Source: Pyrodictium abyssi
GTDB lineage: Archaea; Thermoproteota; Thermoprotei_A; Sulfolobales; Pyrodictiaceae
DNA: 32,000 nucleotides
NCBI RefSeq assembly: GCF_036323395.1
Contig: NZ_AP028907.1
Coordinates: 990,001 to 1,022,000 of the forward strand
Direction: 5' to 3'
The position numbers were made by a program, and so were the translations under genes. Below the pieces are notes generated by a model. It did not search any database. It saw nothing but the letters and a program-made list of their open reading frames with translations, and had not been told where the DNA came from. This document shows positions 25,531 through 32,000 of this stretch, piece after piece (the stretch's first letter is position 1; the number at the start of each line of letters is the position of its first letter).

Positions 25531-25797
25531 ATGCTCTGCGTGGTCGTGAGGCTTCTCGGCGCTGACCACCTCCTCATCAGGTGCCAGGACGGGGTGGAGC
25601 GTAAGGCGCGTATCCCGGGGAGCCTCCGGCGCCGCATGTGGATGAGGGAGGGCGACATAGTGCTAGCGGCTCCCTGGGACTTCAAGCCCGACCGCGCCGA
25701 CGTGGTGTACAGGTATTCCCGCGAGGAGCTACGCAGGCTCGTAGAGAAGGGCCTCGTGCCGCAGGAGCTGCTAGAGCTGGCCGAGGAGCTAGCCTAG
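25531..25797 (+). CDS. eif1a: translation initiation factor aIF-1A; the true start is probably upstream
   Basis: S1/OB core LCVVVRLLGADHLLIRCQDGVERKARIPGSLRRRMWMREGDIVLAAPWDFKPDRADVVYRY. The same frame is open from 25414 and encodes the expected basic N-tail LAKKKRGRREEESRKEIPLPSQEEGT without a canonical start. GTG 25442 is one base out of frame. Confidence 0.85.
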   Translation: MLCVVVRLLGADHLLIRCQDGVERKARIPGSLRRRMWMREGDIVLAAPWDFKPDRADVVYRYSREELRRLVEKGLVPQELLELAEELA

Positions 25798-25958
25798 CAG
25801 GGACCCTTTCTATCAGCGCTCCGGCCGTCCTGGTGGCCAGCGTTTTTGGCGCGCATCTCCACGCCTCCGCCGCCCGGCTTTATTAGCATCCCTGGCCCCG
25901 CCGGAGGGGTAGAGTTAAATAAGGAGGCCCCGGCCCCCTTATATAACCCAGTAAATGG

Positions 25959-27890
25959 GTGGTGCTGGCAACGGCGGGCGCGGGCGGCTGGGGCTCCCGG
26001 TGGCGGAGGATACAGCTTCTACCCAGGAACGGCACCGGGCTACTATGGCCGGCCGGCCTCTCACTAGAGGGCTGGCTACTCCTAGCAGCGGTCATAGGCG
26101 CAGCTAGCGGCCTCTTCGCCAGCTTCTTCTACGTCCTGCTAGAGCTGGCTACAAGCCTCTCAGCCAGGATTGTGGGGATAGAGGCCCCGCTGCGCGGCTA
26201 CACAGACCTAGGCATAGCGGTCGTAGAGTACGGCAACGGGCTGCACACGCGCCTCGCCGTGCTACTCGTGGTCGTCGCCGCGGCAGCGGTCTCGTCGCTC
26301 ATAGTCTACAGGATTGCCCCGGAGGCGGAGGGCCACGGCACAGACGCCGCGATAAAGGCGTTCCACAGGCTAGCCGGGTACCTGAGGCCCCGCGTCCCCC
26401 TGGTCAAGGCCGTGGCCTCGGCGGTTACGATAGGCGGTGGCGGCAGCGGCGGCGTAGAGGGCCCCAGCGCCCTAATGGGCGCGGGTGTGGGGAGCGCCCT
26501 AGCCCAGTGGCTGGGCCTAGGCCTCTGGGTCCGCCGGACAGCTCTAGTAGCAGGCATGGCTGGGGCGCTCTCCTCGCTCTTCCGCGCCCCCATGGGCACA
26601 GCGCTCTTCGCGGTGGAGGTGCTCTTCCGGAGGGACATCGCGGTCGAGGCCCTCATACCCGCCATAATAGCCTCGGTGATAGCGTACGCGGTCACCCTGC
26701 CGTTCTGGGGCTACGGGGAGGTGTTCCCACGCGTATCCGTGGAGACGCGGCTCCTCTACACAGCGGACGCGCTCGTCGCCTACCTCGGGCTCGCGGTGGT
26801 GTCCGCGGGCTTCGGGCTAGCCTACGTCCGGATGTTCCACGGCGCCCGCGGGCTCTTCGAGAGGCTCATAGGTAGGAGGTGGCTGCGCCCCATAGCCGGG
26901 GCGGCGGTTACCGGCGCTATAGGCCTCGTAGCCCCCTGCGTCCTCGGCTCCGGCCGGCAGCTACTCACAAAGTTCCTCGAAGACCCCTCGATACTCCTGG
27001 GAGGCCTCCAGGACAGCAGCGGGCTAGCAGCCCTCGTACTGGTCGCGGTAGCGCTCGCGAAGATGGCGGCCACCTCGATGTCCATAGGCTCTGGGGGTAG
27101 TGGCGGCGTCTTCGCCCCCGGCGTGATGGCTGGCGCTCTCCTGGGCTACGCCTACGGCCTCGTCGTGGGCACGCCGCTCTCGGGCGTAGACCCCCTGGTG
27201 TACGCCTACCTGGGCATGTCCTCCTTCTTCGCTGCTGCCTCGAAGACCCCGCTCGCCACCTCGGTGATGGTCGCCGAGATGAGCGGCAACTACGGCCTCC
27301 TCGTGCCAGCCCTCTTCGTGAGCTACCTGGCCCGCGAGTTCAGCGGCGAGGCGAGCATATACGAGTCGCAGCTGCCACGCCGTATACGCCCAGAACTCAT
27401 CAGCATAGAAGCCGTCTCGGCGATGCTCGGCAGGCTCGGGGTGAGGGCGGCCGAGGTCTGCGACAAGGGCCTCCAGCCGCTGCCAGCCAGCGCCACGGTG
27501 GCCGAGGCCATAGAGGCTATGGCTAGGCAGAGGCAGCACGTGATACCCGTAGTGGACCACGGGGGCAGGGTGCTGGGGGTGGTGGACGCGTCTATGCTCG
27601 AGGAGCTCCTAGCAGCGCCGCCCGACGCCCCGCTCTCCTCGCTGGGCCTCCGGCGCCCAATCGTGGTCTCCGAGGACGATGACATAGCCGGGGTCATAGT
27701 GGTGCTGGAGGAGGCTAGCGGCGAGGGCCTAGACCACGTGGTGGTAGTGGATCGGGGGCTCCGCTACCGCGGCGTCATACGCTACCAGGACGTGGCCGCG
27801 GCTATACTCGAGTCCTACCTCCGCGGCGCCCAGAGGCTGGCACGGGCGGCCGGGAGCCCCCAGAGGCGTAGCGTAGAAAAGACGCTGTAG
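25959..27890 (+). CDS. ClC-family chloride channel / H+-Cl- antiporter with a C-terminal CBS pair
   Basis: ClC selectivity motifs are GGGGSGGVEGPSALMG (GxEGP type) and GSGGSGGVFAPGVMAG (GxFxP type). It has about 10 or more TM helices. Two C-terminal CBS-like modules are present (TVAEAIEAMARQRQHVIPVVDHGGRVLGVVD; DHVVVVDRGLRYRGVIRYQDV). TATA-like TTATATAA lies at 25939..25946. Confidence 0.9.
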   Translation: MVLATAGAGGWGSRWRRIQLLPRNGTGLLWPAGLSLEGWLLLAAVIGAASGLFASFFYVLLELATSLSARIVGIEAPLRGYTDLGIAVVEYGNGLHTRLAVLLVVVAAAAVSSLIVYRIAPEAEGHGTDAAIKAFHRLAGYLRPRVPLVKAVASAVTIGGGGSGGVEGPSALMGAGVGSALAQWLGLGLWVRRTALVAGMAGALSSLFRAPMGTALFAVEVLFRRDIAVEALIPAIIASVIAYAVTLPFWGYGEVFPRVSVETRLLYTADALVAYLGLAVVSAGFGLAYVRMFHGARGLFERLIGRRWLRPIAGAAVTGAIGLVAPCVLGSGRQLLTKFLEDPSILLGGLQDSSGLAALVLVAVALAKMAATSMSIGSGGSGGVFAPGVMAGALLGYAYGLVVGTPLSGVDPLVYAYLGMSSFFAAASKTPLATSVMVAEMSGNYGLLVPALFVSYLAREFSGEASIYESQLPRRIRPELISIEAVSAMLGRLGVRAAEVCDKGLQPLPASATVAEAIEAMARQRQHVIPVVDHGGRVLGVVDASMLEELLAAPPDAPLSSLGLRRPIVVSEDDDIAGVIVVLEEASGEGLDHVVVVDRGLRYRGVIRYQDVAAAILESYLRGAQRLARAAGSPQRRSVEKTL

Positions 27891-27953
27891 AGGCCACGGC
27901 GCCGCCTAAGCGGTGGCACCGGGCTGGGGAGGCGCGGCGCGCTCGCACTACTC

Positions 27954-29111
27954 GTGGCCGCTGTGTTCGCCGCTAGCGTGGCTGCCGGGCTCTCCCGGCT
28001 AGCGCTGGCCAAGTACATGCGCGACGACCTGGGGGCCTCGGCGCTCATAGTCTCGAGCCTGACCACCTGGTTCATGGCGGCGCGCGCGTTCTCCTCGGTG
28101 GCCTCCGGGCTGGTAGCCGACGCCTCGCCGGCCGCCCGGAGGCTGCTCGCCACCGCACCGCTAGCCGTGATAGCGGCGCTTGTCTACACCATCCCCTCCC
28201 TGGCCTCGCCCCTGGCTATACTCGCGCTGAACGCGGCCTGGGGCCTCCTCAGCGGCATGGTCTGGCCCGTAGCGCAGACCATGGCTGCGCTCGCCGCGGG
28301 GCGGCAGAGCGCCACGGTGATGTCCGTGTACTTCGCGGCGGGGAGCCTCGGCGTGTCCCTGGGCCAGTACCTCTACGGGCTACTCCCCCTAGGCAACCCG
28401 GACGCAGTCAGGCTATCCGCCCTCCTCTTCGCGGCCTCAGCGGCCCTGCTAATCCCTGCGGTCCGCTCTATGCCAGCGCCCCCGGCGAGGCCCCGGGCAA
28501 GGGGCTCCAGGAGCCAAGGGCTGCTCGCCTCCCTGTGCAGCGACGGGCTAGCAGCCTGGATACTGCTCTCAGCCCTCTCGGCGGGCTACCTATCCGGCCT
28601 CCTCAGGGAGTTCCTCTACATCTACCTCGGCGAGGTCTACGGGCTAGACCGCCAGTCCCTCGCCTCCTCCCTCGCGGCTGCGGGGCTAGCAGCGTTCGCA
28701 GCCGGGCTCGCCGTCGGCCCTCTCGCGGACCGGCTCGGCGTAGCCCCGGTGCTCGCAGCCGTGCTGGCCATGGGGCTCGCGGGTAGCCTAGCCCTAGGCC
28801 TCTCCCCCGTCCTCTCGGCAGCCCTCCTCGGCCTCGCCCTCGCCATGACAGCTGCCCGGAGTAGCCTCCCGCTCACCAGGAACGCGGCAGCCTTCGCCCC
28901 GGGGCTCCAGGCGACCCTCGTGGGGGCCTCCAACGCGCTCTCCAACATAGGCCAGATGGCGAGCCCAGTCATAGCCGGGAGGCTCTACGACGCCCTCCGC
29001 GGCGAGACCCTGGCCGGGCTCCGGGGCGAGGCGATACCCTTCCTCACAGCGGCTGCCCTGCTCGCAGCCACACTGACCATGAGCCCCCTAGCCCGGAGGA
29101 AAGGCCCCTAG
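27954..29111 (+). CDS. MFS-type transporter (about 12 TM)
   Basis: 385-aa hydrophobic ORF with an MFS-like 6+6 layout and a central basic loop (PAPPARPRARGSRSQG). It is in the same frame as the ClC gene and opens directly after the ClC stop. Confidence 0.8.
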   Translation: MAAVFAASVAAGLSRLALAKYMRDDLGASALIVSSLTTWFMAARAFSSVASGLVADASPAARRLLATAPLAVIAALVYTIPSLASPLAILALNAAWGLLSGMVWPVAQTMAALAAGRQSATVMSVYFAAGSLGVSLGQYLYGLLPLGNPDAVRLSALLFAASAALLIPAVRSMPAPPARPRARGSRSQGLLASLCSDGLAAWILLSALSAGYLSGLLREFLYIYLGEVYGLDRQSLASSLAAAGLAAFAAGLAVGPLADRLGVAPVLAAVLAMGLAGSLALGLSPVLSAALLGLALAMTAARSSLPLTRNAAAFAPGLQATLVGASNALSNIGQMASPVIAGRLYDALRGETLAGLRGEAIPFLTAAALLAATLTMSPLARRKGP

Positions 29112-29374
29112 CCGTGCACCTCGACTAGCCTGCCGTACCGCCTCCTAGCCTCCCTAAACTCCCCCGGGGAGTAGAGGTGGAGATCCACCGGGTAGTCCCA
29201 GGGCAGCCCATACCTCTCCGCAGCCACGTCCCTTATCTCTATCGCCAGCCTCCTCTTCCTTGGGGCCTCCTCTGGCACAGCTGGGGAGACGACGACCACG
29301 TCTATATCGCTGAGAACAGTCAGCCTTCCCTCAGCAGCCCCGCCGGCCACGTAAACCCGCACATCCCCCAGCAC
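29108..29374 (-). CDS. minimal nucleotidyltransferase (MNT, Pol-beta superfamily); the N-terminus is possibly frame-disrupted
   Basis: VYVAGGAAEGRLTVLSDIDVVVVS is the GS-x(n)-DxD NTase motif. ATG 29423 gives MDWPRYVGG, which would join AVARAARDVLGD... if the C6 run 29398..29403 were one base shorter. Confidence 0.7.
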   Translation of the reverse strand: MLGDVRVYVAGGAAEGRLTVLSDIDVVVVSPAVPEEAPRKRRLAIEIRDVAAERYGLPWDYPVDLHLYSPGEFREARRRYGRLVEVHG

Positions 29375-29539
29375 GTCGCGGGCAGCCCTAGCGACGGCCC
29401 CCCACGTAGCGCGGCCAGTCCATGAGCCTCCGCAGGGTCTCGAGGAGCAGCCTAGCGAGCCCCGGCAAGCCTCTCAACCTCCTCAACGAGGCGTATCACT
29501 TCCTCTGCTGTCTCCACGCACTCCTCAGCCTCCTCCCGG

Positions 29540-30094
29540 CTATACTTCCGTATAGCCGTACCTCCCCCTATAGTAGGCGTCCTCCAGCAGCCACAGTCTC
29601 CTCCTATTCCCCGAGGCGAATCCCGCCACAGTCTCGGCAGCCTCGCCCGCCCCGGCCTCCCGCAGGAACCGCACGAGAATACCGAGAAGCTCGCCTAAGC
29701 TATGCAGCCTAGGCATAGACCCAGTTAGCCTGTAGAGGAGCGCCTTAACAGCCAGCTGGGCAGCCTGCTCAGCCTCGAAGCAGGCCAAATCGTACTCGCT
29801 ACGGCCTAGGCGCCACCGAGCTCGCTGGCTTGCAGCCGAAAAGCCGGAGGGCACGAGAAGGCATAGTCTCCGGTCCGCTAGCCCTTGCGCCTTCTCTGCC
29901 TCTCCTTCGCACGGAACTCTGCGAGCCGCTCTAAACCCCTGTAGAACGAGGCTTGCGAGCCCCCTTACTAGATTCTTCGTGTCAAGACGCTTCGAAGCTC
30001 CTCCTTCACCCGCGCTTCTCCGGAACTCCTCGATAAGCCTCTTTAGCTCCCTGGTCGCATTCGTCATCTCTTGGCTGTTAGCGTCTAGAAGCAT
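29540..30094 (-). CDS. HEPN-domain protein (partner of the MNT); the C-terminal helix lies in another frame
   Basis: HEPN core ARWRLGRSEYDLACFEAEQAAQLAVKALLYRLTGSMPRLHSLGELL...LWLLEDAYYRGRYG. After the listed stop, the typical tail KYSREEAEECVETAEEVIRLVEEVERLAGAR is readable in a different frame and ends at TAG 29452..29454. Confidence 0.65.
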   Translation of the reverse strand: MLLDANSQEMTNATRELKRLIEEFRRSAGEGGASKRLDTKNLVRGLASLVLQGFRAARRVPCEGEAEKAQGLADRRLCLLVPSGFSAASQRARWRLGRSEYDLACFEAEQAAQLAVKALLYRLTGSMPRLHSLGELLGILVRFLREAGAGEAAETVAGFASGNRRRLWLLEDAYYRGRYGYTEV

Positions 30095-30508
30095 TATGTC
30101 GAGCGTGGCTACAGCTTCTCCTGCAAGTACGTCCTCTAGGCTGCCCGGGGCCTCCCGCTGCTCTGCTAGGCTGTGAGGGCCGCTGACCAGCGGTAGTAGG
30201 TCCTCTTCCGTCTCCCTTCATGCTCCTCTGCAGCGGTTATGTCTGGTATGAAGCGCTCTAGAATCCACTTTAGGGTCTCTTGTTGTAAGCAGGGTTCCGG
30301 CTCCGCCGAGGCCTATTAGCTGTATATGACGGAGCGGCACGGCGGAGGCCCGGATATAGGCCCGGATAGAAGCCTTGTCTCCATTGCGTAGCGTGGCCGG
30401 CGCCTTTAAGGAGGGCTAGCGTGCCTGGCACGGGGCTGGGCGTAGGGGTGTTGGCTGCTGGGCGGCCGGCGCTATAAGCGGCTGAAGGATAAGGACCTCT
30501 TCGAGACC

Positions 30509-31279
30509 GTGGAGGAGGTCTGGGACAGGCAGACGCTGCTAGCAGCATACGAGGTGATGAGGCGGCTCCGGCTGGGCAGGTTCGCGGGCGTGCTGAGCGC
30601 GGGCAAGGAGGCCCGGGTCTACCGGGCGATAGGCCGGGACGGCCGCGAGTACGCGGTCAAGATATACCTCACAGTGACAGCCGAGTTCCGGAAAAGTATA
30701 CAGAAGTACCTGCTCGGCGACCCCCGGTTCGAGAACGTCGACACGAGCAACACCAAGAAGCTATTCTTTGCCTGGGCCCGGAAAGAGTTCCGCAACCTCA
30801 AGAGGATGTACGAGGCGGGCGTCCGGGTCCCCCGGCCCATCCTTGTCCACCAGAACATAGTGGTCATGGAGTTCCTCGGCCGCGACGGGCTCCGGGCTCC
30901 GACGCTCCACGAGATAAGGCACGAGATAGACCCGGAGCTAGCCGAGCAGCTAGCCCGCGAGGCCATCGACCAGTACACCAGGATATACTGCTGCGCCCGG
31001 CTCGTCCACGCCGACTACAGCGAGTACAACCTAGTCTACCTCGACGGCCAGCTCTACGTCATAGACGTCGCGCAGGCGGTCTCGCTAGAGCACCCCAACG
31101 CCGGAGACTTCCTCCGCCACGACGTGGAGAACATATACAGGTTCTTCGCAAAGCAGCTAGGAGTGGAGCTGCCCGAGCCAGAGGAGCTGCTGGAGCGGGT
31201 GAGAGCATGCCAGACCAAGTGCCCCGAGAAGCGGAGGGAGGAGCAGGGGGGCAGAGAGCAGCAGTACCAGGCCTCCTAA
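30509..31279 (+). CDS. rio1: Rio1-type atypical serine protein kinase; the true start is probably upstream
   Basis: RIO blocks are SAGKEARVYRA, YAVKIY, EFRNLKRMYEAGVRVPRP, LVHADYSEYNLVY and VIDVAQAV. The frame is open from 30446 and encodes the conserved RRYKRLKDKDLFETVEEVWD segment without a canonical start. TTG 30451 and GTG 30448 are out of frame by one base. Confidence 0.9.
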   Translation: MEEVWDRQTLLAAYEVMRRLRLGRFAGVLSAGKEARVYRAIGRDGREYAVKIYLTVTAEFRKSIQKYLLGDPRFENVDTSNTKKLFFAWARKEFRNLKRMYEAGVRVPRPILVHQNIVVMEFLGRDGLRAPTLHEIRHEIDPELAEQLAREAIDQYTRIYCCARLVHADYSEYNLVYLDGQLYVIDVAQAVSLEHPNAGDFLRHDVENIYRFFAKQLGVELPEPEELLERVRACQTKCPEKRREEQGGREQQYQAS

Positions 31280-31839
31280 GGCTCTACGCTAAGCTTCCCC
31301 CGGAGCGCGTAGGCGTACTCATAGGAGAAGGGGGCAAGGTCAAGACCGAGATAATGAAGCGGACCCGTACCAGGATAACAGTGGACAGCACCACGGGCAT
31401 GGTTATAATCGAGCCGGAGTCCCCGGACGTCCCGCCCTTCATGGTCATGAAGGCGCAGGAGATAGTCAGGGCGATAGCCTACGGCTTCAGCCCAGAGCGT
31501 GCCATGAGGCTACTCGACGACGACCAGATACTGGTGGTGGTAGACCTAAAGCAATACGTGGGCGACGCGCCTAACCACCTCCAGCGCGTAAAGGGCAGGA
31601 TTATAGGCGAGAAGGGGAAGGCCCGGAAGACCATAGAGGAGATGACTGGCACCTACATATCAGTGTACGACAACTACGTCGCCATAATAGGCGACTTCGA
31701 GACAGCAAACATAGCCAAGCAGGCGATAGAGATGCTGATACAGGGCCGCCAGCACAGCACAGTCTACAGGTTCCTAGAACGCACAATGTTCCGGGTACGC
31801 AGGAGCCGCATGACACAGCTCTGGGAGCAGCCCCTCTAG
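31207..31839 (+). CDS. double KH-domain RNA-binding protein (Dim2/Pno1-like)
   Basis: Two GXXG KH cores are present (RVGVLIGEGGKVKTEI; KGRIIGEKGKARKTIEEMTG). It overlaps the Rio1 3' end, and the real start may be downstream of 31207 (for example GTG 31219). Confidence 0.85.
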   Translation: MPDQVPREAEGGAGGQRAAVPGLLRLYAKLPPERVGVLIGEGGKVKTEIMKRTRTRITVDSTTGMVIIEPESPDVPPFMVMKAQEIVRAIAYGFSPERAMRLLDDDQILVVVDLKQYVGDAPNHLQRVKGRIIGEKGKARKTIEEMTGTYISVYDNYVAIIGDFETANIAKQAIEMLIQGRQHSTVYRFLERTMFRVRRSRMTQLWEQPL

Positions 31840-32000
31840 CCCCACACCTTCTCCTCTTCCTCCCCGCCTCTCTAGGGGCCGTGAGGAGGGCCAGGAAAGC
31901 CGACGCCCCACCCCCAGGGGATGGGGTGTCTCCTGAAGGCCGAGCCCCAGCCACCCCTCCTAGAGTCCGCTGCCCCTCAGCGCATACAGCATCTAGGATG

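Noticed and set aside
25002-25685. Minus-strand ORFs 25002..25331, 25060..25569 and 25410..25685
   Set aside because: They are antisense to paralog copy 5 and aIF-1A, and are P/R/S-rich low-complexity.
26306-28972. Internal and antisense ORFs within the ClC and MFS genes (26306..26695, 26507..26875, 26822..27085, 27024..27560, 27323..27697, 27815..28153, 28535..28786, 28637..28972)
   Set aside because: All overlap long, motif-bearing transporter ORFs and translate to R/A/P/G-rich sequence.
31601-32000. Minus-strand ORF 31601..31954, with the frame open to the window end
   Set aside because: Most of it is antisense to the KH-domain gene. The remaining 150 nt give no recognisable peptide, so no call is made for 31840..32000.

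Overview
GC-rich archaeal chromosome segment. It looks like a hyperthermophilic crenarchaeon, judging from an intron-containing tRNA, aIF-1A/Rio1/KH genes, PaREP1-type genes and frequent GTG/TTG starts. Core genes are partial accC, birA, dcd, tRNA-Pro(GGG), aIF-1A, a ClC channel with CBS domains, an MFS transporter, a Rio1 kinase and a KH-domain protein. Between them lie visibly AT-rich accessory blocks (about 1.7-5.5 kb and 13.95-15.9 kb) and many small toxin-antitoxin or defence-type genes (PaREP1, PIN/VapC, RelE, AbrB, DUF3800, HEPN/MNT), most with disrupted reading frames. The main signals are as follows. (1) A family of about 130-aa Cys-motif proteins that I cannot assign to any known family is present in five diverged copies between 16.8 and 25.3 kb. 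(2) An uninterrupted 47-nt poly(C)/poly(G) tract abuts the start codon of the first copy. (3) Embedded in that cluster is a redox module: a Tat-signal, two-CXXCH, C_GCAxxG_C_C-type cytochrome, a membrane cytochrome b and a divergent Cys-rich wHTH regulator. (4) Several GC-rich structured or repeated non-coding elements are present. (5) Many apparent frameshifts sit at G/C homopolymer runs, including upstream of aIF-1A and Rio1, so some pseudogenes may be sequence-quality artefacts. No CRISPR array, rRNA, integrase or transposase was recognised. All calls come from reading translations by eye; no searches were run.
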